DNA of 64,000 nt from positions 15,399 through 79,398 of the IMG/VR virus record IMGVR_UViG_2865859272_000007, one strand, 5' to 3'. The stretch is from a virus. Taxonomy: Duplodnaviria > Caudoviricetes. A program made the translations under genes and the position numbers. Positions 41,601-50,593 of this stretch are shown piece by piece (the stretch's first letter is position 1; each line of letters starts with the position of its first letter). The notes below the pieces were generated by a model. It was not told the DNA's origin, ran no database searches, and saw nothing but the letters and a program-made list of their open reading frames with translations.

Positions 41601-43815
41601 GGGGAATCCCGGCTCCGTCTCGGCGTGGTCTGGCCTCGCGGCCCAGGCCCTCGCTAGGGCCGGCCTCGCCCCTGGCCAGCTTCCCCGGTTCCTCGCCCTG
41701 ATGGCTGCGGAGTCCGGCGGTAACCCGAACGCGATCAACAACTGGGACATCAACGCCCGCAACGGCGTCCCGTCCCAGGGCTTGATGCAGGTGATTCCGC
41801 CGACGTTCGCCGCCTATCGGGACCCTTCCCTGTCTAATAACATCTTGGATCCCCTCGCCAACATGACCGCGGCTGCCCGCTACATCAGGTCGCGGTACGG
41901 CGGCCAGGTGCCCGGTTCTCCGTACGCCAACGGGACTCCGGGTGCGACCAGGGGGCCGCATCTCGTGGGTGAGAACGGTCCCGAGATGGTGAACTTCCGG
42001 GGCGGGGAGACGGTGATGTCCGCCGTCGATACCCGAAGGGCTCTTGGCAGCACGCGCGTCGGGGGAGGTGCGGCGGCTGGGGGTTCGGGCAGTATCGAGG
42101 ATCTCCTCGCGATGTTCCCGGAGATCCAGAAGCACGTCGAAGACCTTGTGCCGCAGTGGCACGAGGCGATGCGTGCACGCACGGCCGAGACCTGGGCCGC
42201 GATGTCGGCGCAGCAGATCACGTCCTGGGAGGGGATGAAGGCATCCGTCTTCTTCCCGTTCCGCGATGAGATGACCGTGCAGATGCCTCTCCACCTGGAG
42301 GCCATGCGTCTGGCCAACTTCACCAAGTGGACCCAGATGGGCGCCGACAGCCTGGCCCAGTGGGAGCTGATGCGCACCGGGGTGTTCGTGCCGGCCATGG
42401 ATCACATGACGGTGCAGATGCCGACGTGGGCTGCGCAGATGCAGGCGGCTGTCTCGGCGGCCTTCGCCGGCATGCTGGAGTCCGTCCAGGGCTCTTGGGC
42501 CGGCATGCAGGAGGCCACCCGCGGGCCGGTCAACTGGATCATCAGCAACAGCTACGGCAACGGCATCCGCCGGCTGTGGAACGAGGTCGCCGCGGTCATC
42601 TTCGACGGCGGTGGGCGCACGCTCCCGGCCGTGTCCACCCTCGCCACGGGTGGCCGGGTCGCCGGGCGCGGCACACGCACCTCTGACTCCAACCTCGCTC
42701 TTCTCTCCCGAGGGGAGCATGTGTGGAGCGCCAGGGAGGTTGCCGCGGCGGGTGGCCACCATGCAGTCGAGGCGCTTCGTGCCCGTGCTCGTGGCGGGCA
42801 TCTGCCGGGCCTCGCGCTCGGCGGCTGGCTCACGAACGCCGGCGCGGTCTCGGGCAGCAGTCCGGCCGGCGTCCCGGTCAGCACCCCGCTGGTCCGGGGC
42901 TGGCTCGGCGACGACGTCATTCCGGTCCTGGAGAACATCGACGCCGCGGCCCGGAACGCCTTGGGCGGCTCCGCCTTCCGGCGCCTGGCCGCTCTCGGAG
43001 ACGTCCTTCGACCGGTCGACTGGATGAAGCAGTACATCGAGCTCGACGACGAGCTGAACCGGGTGTTCATCGGCACGGGCCCTCCGTGGGTTCCGGGCGT
43101 CTCCGATGTCCGGACCAGCTGGGGCGGCGTGGCGGTGAACCAGCGTACGGCGCAGATGCTGAACATGGCTCTCGCGCTCGGCGCCAGTTTCAGCGCGACG
43201 CAGGGCTCGTGGAGCACCAGCGTTGCGGCGTCGGCCGGCACGCATGCCGGCGGCGGTGTCGTGGACCTGGTCCCGGCGAACAACACCAACGTCGCCGCGC
43301 TGCGGGCGGTCGGGTTCGCTGCATGGAACCGCGGTGCGGCGTGGGGCTCCCCCTCGTTCGCCCCGCACATCCATGCGGTCGCGATCGGCGACCCGACGGC
43401 ATCCCCTGCGGCCCAGGCCCAGGTGGCGTCGTTCTTCGCCGGCGGCAACGGCTTGGCCAACGGCGGCCCGGACAACTTCGCCGGCGGGCTCTCGTTCGCT
43501 GGTCTGGCCAGCGGCGAGAAGCCGACCGGCCAGTTGCTGGCGCTGATCGAGCAGATGCGCGGGCCTGGCACGCCGGTCGATCCGGCGGACATCGACCAGT
43601 TCCGTCCGATCTCGTTCGACAGCGGGGGCATGCTGGAGCCGGGCTACACCCTGGCCTACAACGGCACCGGCAAGCCGGAACCCGTTGGTGAAACGGGCAA
43701 GGAGGTGCACATCCACATCCACGGAAATGTGTACACGAAATCGGCTGCCGAGTTCGAGGACATGCTCGCTGGTGCGATGCAGAACCTCAAGCGTAAGAAC
43801 CGCTTGCCGCGATGA
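38605..43815 (+). CDS. Tape measure protein with SLT transglycosylase and M15-like peptidase domains
   Basis: 1736 aa; Trp-periodic repeats; ESGGNPNAIN..GLMQ at about 41700; SAGTH.GGG..D and HIH at about 43230-43380. Confidence 0.93.
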   Translation: MPVTNLGFNIVSAYNGRGVRQAQRDIRSLNSQIIRVSNITQGVSTIGIGALRGVAVATAPALLTLTRAATSSVASITAMGVAAGSVGGIFAGAMTGAIKRTIEMRDSTGALRGEVDKAKAALDKEKAALAGLKPGSQAYKNQLDRIKEAQAAVTEAQNEYNASLKRMTPSQNAFLKSLDLTTTAWNKFIVATQDKTLTVASQTLTGVAGAIGKMKPVVDAIFPAVQRVSQAFQKWATGSGMDRFIQVLLDRGVPALDALLRAGRSVMTVLGAGFRAFAPLGASMANSIMRGAAAMAAWAQDGGFLRFIERVRQDAPQVREFLRALRDGLSQLLQAIRELGPLALGLSTALLRIIASTPIPVLQAIILSYTAWKTALLGLIVVKGLFIGVMGLARAAVFAYSLAQILLTGSTRLLGASTMALSVQLLVMQARMLIIAAATKVWAAAQWLLNIAMRANPIILIVSLIATLVAGIIWVATQTRFFQTVWSAVWNTVKAVADFIWSALQFGFRAMVTFFVIVWQTVSGALVAAWNVVWNLMRVAAQVVWTVLQAAWNVFINTLLTIWNAVSTALAAAWNAVWNGIRVAAQAIWTVLQAAWNIFINTLLTIWNVVSTALVTAWNFVWNVISTAAQGIWTILQAAWNVFINTLLTIWNTVSAALRAAWDLVWTGIQTAAETVWNFLTAAWETFTNTLQSIWDGFKDGFMSAIEAVWKSIRSTAESVWRSIGEVIEGAINGIIGIINRIIGAWNRITGAVGLDSLNIPTIPTVSINFAYGGIVGEAPGFAKGGTVAMHRRGGVLPGYSPGRDTVPAMLSRGEGVLVPEAVRGLGPNFVHWANRHFSRGRAGKNVAYPGYAVGGIAGIEAWQRVGGDVGWAFLQGGGVVTGDDDTPRPNIGQGAFFSSDPNRRERSPSFGGVAGIGSPEAPEGPISGFVTNVLGFLGEAAIRAAFSFATRLLDGFSMAGNFGKILVAGTKKILNAMIDDLIRRDSEAKAEFESMAVAGNPGSVSAWSGLAAQALARAGLAPGQLPRFLALMAAESGGNPNAINNWDINARNGVPSQGLMQVIPPTFAAYRDPSLSNNILDPLANMTAAARYIRSRYGGQVPGSPYANGTPGATRGPHLVGENGPEMVNFRGGETVMSAVDTRRALGSTRVGGGAAAGGSGSIEDLLAMFPEIQKHVEDLVPQWHEAMRARTAETWAAMSAQQITSWEGMKASVFFPFRDEMTVQMPLHLEAMRLANFTKWTQMGADSLAQWELMRTGVFVPAMDHMTVQMPTWAAQMQAAVSAAFAGMLESVQGSWAGMQEATRGPVNWIISNSYGNGIRRLWNEVAAVIFDGGGRTLPAVSTLATGGRVAGRGTRTSDSNLALLSRGEHVWSAREVAAAGGHHAVEALRARARGGHLPGLALGGWLTNAGAVSGSSPAGVPVSTPLVRGWLGDDVIPVLENIDAAARNALGGSAFRRLAALGDVLRPVDWMKQYIELDDELNRVFIGTGPPWVPGVSDVRTSWGGVAVNQRTAQMLNMALALGASFSATQGSWSTSVAASAGTHAGGGVVDLVPANNTNVAALRAVGFAAWNRGAAWGSPSFAPHIHAVAIGDPTASPAAQAQVASFFAGGNGLANGGPDNFAGGLSFAGLASGEKPTGQLLALIEQMRGPGTPVDPADIDQFRPISFDSGGMLEPGYTLAYNGTGKPEPVGETGKEVHIHIHGNVYTKSAAEFEDMLAGAMQNLKRKNRLPR
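40234..40629 (+). repeat. Three 132-bp tandem repeats in the tape measure gene
   Basis: RTCTGGACC...TGGAAC..CTTCATCAACACGCT at 40234, 40366, 40498. Confidence 0.85.
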
Positions 43816-43833
43816 GGCGAAGGGAGCTTCCTG

Positions 43834-46800
43834 ATGAGCATCACCCAGGTAGGAAGCTCCACCAGCGGGGTTGAGCCGGCTAGTACATCGGTTAGCGCTG
43901 ACAGGCCGACCGGAGTACAGGAAGGTAACATCCTGATCGCGACCTTCCAGGCTAATGATCAGGATGCTACCTTCCCGTCCGGGTTTACAGAGTTTGTAGA
44001 CGAGCTGACCGGGGTTTTCAGGCTCCAGATGGCCTGGAAGAAGGCGACATCTTCGGAGCCGTCGAGTTACTCGGTTTCGGTGGGCGCTTCAGCGCCCCTG
44101 GTTTTGAGTATTCAGGCGTGGGCCGGGGCCGATGCGGTAAGCCCCACCTATGCGGCGAGCCGGGCCGTTGCCTCGGATGCCACAGACCAGTCTGAGCCGT
44201 TCAGTACTCCGACGATCACCAACAACAACGTCGGCCGTGGCCGGAAGCTGTACCTTCGGGCCTGCCGGTCGACGAGCTCTATCATCACGTACACCACGGC
44301 TGTGTCCGGTGTCACAGAGGTCGAAGACGTCGGTGTCTTCTCCGGCGGCACCGTTCGCTACTCCCACGGGCTGTACAAGGACAACAACGACCTGGACCAC
44401 GATGCCCGCGGCAGCCAGTCCGGGATCGGTATCACCGCGAGTGATACCGAAACCAACAACATCGTTGTCACCTACATCCTGACGTCGCAGATCAACGCCG
44501 GGCACGCCGCGGTCACAGCGACGGGCAACGCGCCCCGTGCAGGCGTCGGGGCAAAGGCCACCGCCGCTACGGCTACCGCCACGGCGAACGACGCCCTGGT
44601 CGTCACGGAGACCGTCGAGGCGCCCGCTGAGCCTGGGGCTGTCGCCGCTACCGCCAACGATGCGACCGCGGGGCTGGTCGAGTTCCCCCGGACCGCCTCC
44701 TACCAGATCTTCATCGACTGGGACAACGACGGAGGGCTCCAGCTCGGGGAGTTCGAGGCGACAACCGAAGGGTGGATCGGCTTCGGGAGCATCGCGCCGA
44801 CGCTGACGGTCTCCGACACCCGGGCGAAGTCCGGGAACAAGTCGCTGCGCATCGACTTCCGAACCTTCAACCCGTTCCAGTTCGGTGTGGCCGGCTCCGG
44901 CTTCGACCAGGGCGGCTTCGGCGGGGACCAGTTCGACCCCCCGGAACTGCCGATCAAGTTCGACCAGGCCGGGCAGGGCTTCGACGACGGGCGGTTCGCC
45001 GCGTTCAAGGACCAGACGGCCCCCGACCCGGCCGAGCCCGCCTTCCAGTCACCCGGCATCGAGCGGCCCTTCACCGGTTTGTTCGTGGGGCGCGTCTACG
45101 AACTGGTGGCGTGGGTGTTCGTGCCCACCGGCAGCCCCGCGGTCCGCGTGGGCGTTCGCGGCATCGGCACGTCCGCCGCCTCCTCAACGAATGACGCCTG
45201 GGAGCGGCTGTCGTTCAGCTTCGCCGCCACCTCCACGGACCACGTCCTGGAGCTGACGACCGACGAGGACAACCCCGCCTCCGCCCCTGTCTGGGCGGAC
45301 CTGTTCCAGGTTCTCGGCCCCGGAGAGGACGTATCGCACCGCGTGCTCGGTCTGCGGCAGGCGCTCGCCTTCTCGGCAGGCCGGGACACCGCGCGCTCCC
45401 TCGCGGCCATCAAGCCCGGGGAAACCCGCATGGTCTTGGACAACGAGTCGGGCGACTACTCTCCGGACAATCCCGGGTCGCTGCTGGCGAGCTTCCTTGG
45501 CCCCGGCCGGCCGGTACTGATCCGCGCGGAGCACGGGAACCGGATCTACAACCTGTTCCGCGGCTACCTGGACAGCTACGACCTGTCCCCGAACCCGGAC
45601 AGCCGCAGCGTCGAGCTCGGTGCCCTGGACCTCCTGGGTGTCCTCGCGGACGCCGAGATGTCCACCCAGCTCTACTCCTCGCTGCGCACGGGAGCCGCGG
45701 TCAATGCCCTCCTGGACGAGATCGGCTGGCCCTCGTCGCTACGCGACATCGACCCGGGAGCCACGACCATCCAGTGGTGGTGGGAAGAGGGCACGACCGG
45801 GCTGGAGGCCCTCGCGAAGATCGTGGACTCCGAAGGCCCGCCGGCTATCGCGTACGTGGACACGTCCGGGAACCTCGTGTTTCGGGACCGGCACCACAGG
45901 ATGACGCGGGCCGAGTCCACGGCCATCCAGGCGACGATCAGGGACGGCCACGAAGAGCCGATGTTCTCGCCGCCGCTGAACTACGACATCGGATGGCGCG
46001 ACCTGATCAACGACGTGGTCATCGACGTGACGGAACGCCGCCCGGATGTGGAGCAGCGGGTCTGGTCGACGCAGGACCGCTTCGTGATCGAGCCGGGAGG
46101 GACTCGGGAGTTCATCGTCAAGCCATCGGATCCCTTCCTCAACGCGCAGGTTCCGGTGGGGCAGGCGTTCAACGTGGACGGTTACGAGGTCGAGCCTGAT
46201 TTCGTGATCGAATCTGGTTCTGTCGGTGAGGTCACTCTGTCCCGTACATCGGGCCAGTCCACGAAGATCATCGTCAAGTCTGACTCGGGTGTACCGACGG
46301 TTATCCAGGGGATGGCTCTCCGGGCTTCTCCGGTGACGGTCCACCTGGAGCAGCAGGTGCGCAGGGCCGACACCGACTCTCAGGCGCAGCACGGCGTGAA
46401 GTCGCTCCAGGAGGAGGCGCCGTGGGTGACGGTGAACGACGCTGAGGCGATCTCCGAACTGATCATTGGGAACCGCTCACAGCGGCTTCCGGTCGTCCAG
46501 ATCAGGATCACCAACGGAAACGCCCAGCGGATGGCGCACATCCTTCAAAGGCGCCTGTCTGACCGCATCCACATTGTGGAGATGCTCCAGTCGTTCATGG
46601 ACCACGACTTCTTCATTGAGCAGATCTCTCACGAGATCGCCCAAGTCGGCTATGACCACAGCGTGGTTCTCGGTTGTGAGCGGGCCCGCGAGCAGGTGTT
46701 CAAGGCAACGGAGGATGAGACGGAGCCGCCGCCGGCCTTCATGTTCGATGTCGACGGCCAGGGGTTCGACGATGGCTATTTCGAGCCCGGCGACGGCTTC

Positions 46801-46866
46801 CAGCTCGCGGAGACCGTGTTCAAGCTGGGCTCCTCGCAGCTGGACGTAGACGGACTGGGCTACTAG
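43834..46866 (+). CDS. Large minor tail protein (Dit/hub-like with a CBM-like insert)
   Basis: Follows the tape measure gene; LDNESGDYSP, RPVLIRAE, LFRGYLD hub motifs; YELVAWVFVP CBM-like segment. Confidence 0.8.
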   Translation: MSITQVGSSTSGVEPASTSVSADRPTGVQEGNILIATFQANDQDATFPSGFTEFVDELTGVFRLQMAWKKATSSEPSSYSVSVGASAPLVLSIQAWAGADAVSPTYAASRAVASDATDQSEPFSTPTITNNNVGRGRKLYLRACRSTSSIITYTTAVSGVTEVEDVGVFSGGTVRYSHGLYKDNNDLDHDARGSQSGIGITASDTETNNIVVTYILTSQINAGHAAVTATGNAPRAGVGAKATAATATATANDALVVTETVEAPAEPGAVAATANDATAGLVEFPRTASYQIFIDWDNDGGLQLGEFEATTEGWIGFGSIAPTLTVSDTRAKSGNKSLRIDFRTFNPFQFGVAGSGFDQGGFGGDQFDPPELPIKFDQAGQGFDDGRFAAFKDQTAPDPAEPAFQSPGIERPFTGLFVGRVYELVAWVFVPTGSPAVRVGVRGIGTSAASSTNDAWERLSFSFAATSTDHVLELTTDEDNPASAPVWADLFQVLGPGEDVSHRVLGLRQALAFSAGRDTARSLAAIKPGETRMVLDNESGDYSPDNPGSLLASFLGPGRPVLIRAEHGNRIYNLFRGYLDSYDLSPNPDSRSVELGALDLLGVLADAEMSTQLYSSLRTGAAVNALLDEIGWPSSLRDIDPGATTIQWWWEEGTTGLEALAKIVDSEGPPAIAYVDTSGNLVFRDRHHRMTRAESTAIQATIRDGHEEPMFSPPLNYDIGWRDLINDVVIDVTERRPDVEQRVWSTQDRFVIEPGGTREFIVKPSDPFLNAQVPVGQAFNVDGYEVEPDFVIESGSVGEVTLSRTSGQSTKIIVKSDSGVPTVIQGMALRASPVTVHLEQQVRRADTDSQAQHGVKSLQEEAPWVTVNDAEAISELIIGNRSQRLPVVQIRITNGNAQRMAHILQRRLSDRIHIVEMLQSFMDHDFFIEQISHEIAQVGYDHSVVLGCERAREQVFKATEDETEPPPAFMFDVDGQGFDDGYFEPGDGFQLAETVFKLGSSQLDVDGLGY

Positions 46867-46882
46867 AGGGCCTCGGCCCAAG

Positions 46883-46930
46883 GATCCCGGCGCCCCTGCC
46901 TGATCAGAAGGCGGGGGCCGGGGTCTTTCC
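46883..46930 (+). terminator. Probable terminator
   Basis: Long GC hairpin GATCCCGG...CCGGGGTC followed by TTT. Confidence 0.6.
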
Positions 46931-46956
46931 ATGTCCTCAATCAGGGAGGAACCCGC

Positions 46957-47274
46957 ATGCATTTGATCACAGGCAGGGCTCGGGCACGTATGTACTGGGG
47001 CAACTGGATCGCCGATTGTCCCGGCAACTGCGGGTGCGCCCTGCGGCTCAAGCCGGCTCAGGCGTCGTTCCCTTGCCCGGAGTGCAAGCTCATCAGCGAG
47101 GTGGAGTGGCCGAGTAACGCCGACGAGATCTACCAGGTTCTGCTGAAGCGGCCGGCGCCGAGGAATCGGAACTGGTTCCCGGCCGGGCACGAGCTGGCCC
47201 TGCGTGCGGGCTGCCCGCACGGGCAGTCCGTAGCCGACCTGGAGGCGGAGACCGCAGAGCACATGGAGGGGTGA
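46957..47274 (+). CDS. Small Cys-rich tail-associated protein
   Basis: CPGNCGC, CPEC and CPHGQ motifs. Confidence 0.75.
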   Translation: MHLITGRARARMYWGNWIADCPGNCGCALRLKPAQASFPCPECKLISEVEWPSNADEIYQVLLKRPAPRNRNWFPAGHELALRAGCPHGQSVADLEAETAEHMEG

Positions 47275-47278
47275 CCCG

Positions 47279-47815
47279 ATGGCTTGGACGTCCCCCATGA
47301 CGGCGGTCGCAAACGACGTCTTCACTGCCGCCCAGTTCAATACGCACGTTCGCGACAATCTGCTGGAGACCGCGCCGGCGAAGGCGACGACCGACGGCGG
47401 GATGTTCTTCGCTACCGGGGCGAACGCCATCGCGGAGCGGGTGCCCACGACGGCGACGGTGGCGACGAGCGAGTCCACGACCAGCACCAGCTACACGGAC
47501 CTGTCGACGGCCGGCCCGGCGGTGACCGTGACCACCGGCACCAGGGCGCTTGTGTTTATCAGTGCGGACGCACAGAACGACGCGGCAGGCAGCGATGCCC
47601 TGTATTCGTACGCGGTGTCCGGTAGTACTACGGTCGCCGCCGCCGACTCCTTCGGATCGTTCCTTGAGTCGTCCGGGAGCAGGCGCCACCGCTGGACGGT
47701 GGCCAGCATGCAGACCGGTCTTACGGCAGGTTCCAATACGTTCACGATGAAGTACCGGGTGTCTGCGAACACCGGCACGTTCCAGAATCGGAACATCGTC
47801 GTCGTGCCCATGTGA
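47279..47815 (+). CDS. Short tail fibre/RBP-like paralog 1 of 7
   Basis: MAWT.PMTAV..FTAAQFNTHVRDNLLET N-terminus; C-terminal GSNTFTMKYRV. Confidence 0.85.
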   Translation: MAWTSPMTAVANDVFTAAQFNTHVRDNLLETAPAKATTDGGMFFATGANAIAERVPTTATVATSESTTSTSYTDLSTAGPAVTVTTGTRALVFISADAQNDAAGSDALYSYAVSGSTTVAAADSFGSFLESSGSRRHRWTVASMQTGLTAGSNTFTMKYRVSANTGTFQNRNIVVVPM

Positions 47816-47828
47816 GGGGTGAGTCCTC

Positions 47829-48365
47829 ATGGCATGGACCGCCCCCATGACGGCTGTGATCGGGCAACCCTGGACGGCGGCCCAATTCAACCAGCACGTC
47901 CGGGACAACCTGCTGGAGACGATGCCCGGCAAGGCCACCGCCGCAAACCGGTTGTATGTCACGAGTACGACGAAGGCCATCGCGGAGCGCGCACCCGATT
48001 CCGCGTTCCTGGCGACGGCGGCAACAACCACGTCGACGTCGTACGTCACCCTGGGAACCGGGCCGGCCGTGACGGTGACCACCGGCTCCACCGCGGTGGT
48101 GTGGTTCGGCTGCCAGCTCAAGAACAGCTTGACCAACGCGCAGGCGATGGCAGCTGTGGCGATCTCCGGTGCGACGACCCGGGACGCGGCGGACGCAGAC
48201 CGGCTTCTGATGTCGGGTGTGACCGCGGACAAGGACAACCGGTTCGGGGTGTGCCGGCGCTTCACCGGGCTCAGCCCCGGCAGCCAGACGTTCACCATGC
48301 AGTACCGGGTGTCCGCAGGCACAGGCACCTTCTCCCGGCGGGAAATCGTCGTTCTGCCTTTGTGA
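47829..48365 (+). CDS. Short tail fibre/RBP-like paralog 2 of 7
   Basis: Same N- and C-terminal motifs; own RBS. Confidence 0.85.
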   Translation: MAWTAPMTAVIGQPWTAAQFNQHVRDNLLETMPGKATAANRLYVTSTTKAIAERAPDSAFLATAATTTSTSYVTLGTGPAVTVTTGSTAVVWFGCQLKNSLTNAQAMAAVAISGATTRDAADADRLLMSGVTADKDNRFGVCRRFTGLSPGSQTFTMQYRVSAGTGTFSRREIVVLPL

Positions 48366-48373
48366 GGTGACAC

Positions 48374-48940
48374 GTGGCCTGGACGACCCCCATGACCGCC
48401 GTCGCTAACGCGACCATCACGGCGGCCGAGTGGAACACCCACGTTCGCGACAACCTGCTGGAGACCGAGCCTGCGAAGGCGGACGCTACGGATGTCTATC
48501 TGGTGTCGACAGGCGCGAACGTCCTGGCGAAGCGTGCGAGCGCCGGCGACCACATCGAGGCGCAGCAGGCCACGACCAGCACCAGCTACACGGACCTGTC
48601 GACGGCCGGCCCGGCGGTAACGGTGACCACTGGCACGAAGGCCATCGTGTGGATCTCTTGCGCCATGAACCAGACCGTTACGGACGCCCTCATGGCGGCC
48701 TCGTTCGCAGTCTCCGGCGCCACCGCGGTGTCCGCCAGCGACGACTGGGCGGTCATGACAAGCGGCGTCACCCGGAACCCGAACATGACGGGCAATCCTC
48801 GCGATAACCACAATCGGCGGGGTGTCGCCCGCATGGTGACGGGGCTCAACGCGGGATCCAACACCTTCACCATGAAGTACCGGGTCGGTTCTGGGACGGG
48901 CCACTTCCACAACCGGGAGATTGATGTTCTCCCTCTCTGA
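48374..48940 (+). CDS. Short tail fibre/RBP-like paralog 3 of 7
   Basis: GTG start with GAGGTG RBS; same motifs. Confidence 0.85.
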   Translation: MAWTTPMTAVANATITAAEWNTHVRDNLLETEPAKADATDVYLVSTGANVLAKRASAGDHIEAQQATTSTSYTDLSTAGPAVTVTTGTKAIVWISCAMNQTVTDALMAASFAVSGATAVSASDDWAVMTSGVTRNPNMTGNPRDNHNRRGVARMVTGLNAGSNTFTMKYRVGSGTGHFHNREIDVLPL

Positions 48941-48960
48941 TTTGAGGGAGGTTGAAGCTG

Positions 48961-49503
48961 TTGGCTTGGTCTGCTCCCATCACCGCGGTTTCCGGAGAGT
49001 TGCTGACTGCCGCTGAGTACAACGCGTCAGTACGGGACAATCTTGCCGAATGCGCTCCCAACATCGCAACGCAAGAGGGGTCCATATTTCAGGCATCTGC
49101 TCCGAATCGGATTGTTGAGAGGCAGGTTGTCTCGCACCGCGTACCCGAAGAGGATTCGATCCCGACACAGCAGACGAGCTACGTCGAGATCCGCAATGCT
49201 GGTCCGTTCGTGACGGCAGTCACCGGGGCGAGCGCGCTGGTTTTCGTGACCTGCGAGATGGCGGGGAACACGAATACGCAGTGCTCGGCGAGCTTCGAGG
49301 TCTCGGGGTCGACGAGGATCTCCGCCTCGGACAAGTGGCGGGTCGTTCATGACGCGATGGAGAAGGATCACTTCAGCCGCTATTCGGTAGCGCGACGAGT
49401 CGAGCTGAATCCCGGGTCGAATACGTTCCGCATGAAATATCGGACCGGTGGCCTTGGGCCTTTCCGGTTCAGGAATCGCGAGATCGTCGTCATACCGCTG
49501 TAG
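48961..49503 (+). CDS. Short tail fibre/RBP-like paralog 4 of 7
   Basis: TTG start (MAWSAPITAV) 9 nt after GGAGG; same motifs. Confidence 0.85.
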   Translation: MAWSAPITAVSGELLTAAEYNASVRDNLAECAPNIATQEGSIFQASAPNRIVERQVVSHRVPEEDSIPTQQTSYVEIRNAGPFVTAVTGASALVFVTCEMAGNTNTQCSASFEVSGSTRISASDKWRVVHDAMEKDHFSRYSVARRVELNPGSNTFRMKYRTGGLGPFRFRNREIVVIPL

Positions 49504-49511
49504 GAGGTCTC

Positions 49512-50045
49512 ATGGCTTGGACAGCGCCCATGACGGCGGTCGCAAATACCGCCTTCACCGCCGCCCAGTTCAATACGCACGTTCGCGACAACCTGTTGGA
49601 GACCGCTCCGGCGAAGGCCACGTCCGGGGGTGGTCGTTTCTTCGCCAGCAGCGACACGAACACCATCGTCGAGCGCAGGATCCATCAGGCCCAGGTGCTG
49701 ACGTCGCAGTCGACGTCCAGTACGTCGTACACGAACCTGTCCACGTCCGGCCCGACCGTAACGCTCACCACCGGCACCCATGCGCTGGTGATCGTGTCGG
49801 CGCAGTTCAGCAACAATACGTCGGACAACTCGTGCTTCATGAGTCATGAAGTGTCGGGGGCGACTTCGATTTCCCCGAATGACGACCGCTCTCTCAGGCT
49901 GCAAGGAACCCTTAACTACCAGGGGTCCCACGCGTTCCTTTGGACGACGCTCAATGCCGGGTCGAACACATTCCAGGCTAAGTATCGAGTATTCAGCGGC
50001 ACCGGTACCTGGCTGAACCGCCGCATTACGGTTATGGCGTTCTGA
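49512..50045 (+). CDS. Short tail fibre/RBP-like paralog 5 of 7
   Basis: RBS AGGAGG; same motifs. Confidence 0.85.
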   Translation: MAWTAPMTAVANTAFTAAQFNTHVRDNLLETAPAKATSGGGRFFASSDTNTIVERRIHQAQVLTSQSTSSTSYTNLSTSGPTVTLTTGTHALVIVSAQFSNNTSDNSCFMSHEVSGATSISPNDDRSLRLQGTLNYQGSHAFLWTTLNAGSNTFQAKYRVFSGTGTWLNRRITVMAF

Positions 50046-50581
50046 TGGCTTGGACTGCACCGAAGACATGGGTCGCCGAGCAGGTTCTCACCGCCGCCGA
50101 ACTCAACACACACCTCCGTGACAACCTGCTGGAGACAGCTCCCGCCAAGGCCACCACCGAGGGTTCTTACTTCGTGGTGAGCGACCTGAATCAGATCGCC
50201 GAGAGGAAGCCCGAGGTAGCTCGCGTCTCGGCCGGCGAGTCCACGAGTTCCACTTCCTACGTGGATCTGGCCACGACAGGGCCGGAGGTCACGGTGACGA
50301 CCGGGTCCAGCGCGATTGTGCTGATCTACTCGCAGTTGCGGAACACCGTCGAGGACTCGGGGTCGATGATGTCTTTCGCGATATCCGGGGCAACGTCCCG
50401 CAGTGCGCTGGACACCACCGCGATTCTGCACCGAGGCAACGCGAATCAATCGCAGCGCTTCTCCGCGTTCGACATGATCACCGACCTGACTCCCGGCTCC
50501 AATACCTTCACCGCGAAGTACAGAGTGACCGCCGATACCGGGACCTTTGGGGATCGGATGATCGCGGTTTTTGCGCTCTGA
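50045..50581 (+). CDS. Short tail fibre/RBP-like paralog 6 of 7
   Basis: TGATG coupling; same motifs. Confidence 0.85.
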   Translation: MAWTAPKTWVAEQVLTAAELNTHLRDNLLETAPAKATTEGSYFVVSDLNQIAERKPEVARVSAGESTSSTSYVDLATTGPEVTVTTGSSAIVLIYSQLRNTVEDSGSMMSFAISGATSRSALDTTAILHRGNANQSQRFSAFDMITDLTPGSNTFTAKYRVTADTGTFGDRMIAVFAL

Positions 50582-50593
50582 AAGGGGGAGGCG

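Noticed and set aside
40303-43722. Very long antisense ORFs (for example 40303-43722, 25845-27494, 28479-30131, 51069-53363, 12752-13930)
   Set aside because: They lie opposite clearly identified genes; they are shadows of GC-rich codon usage with no motifs or RBS
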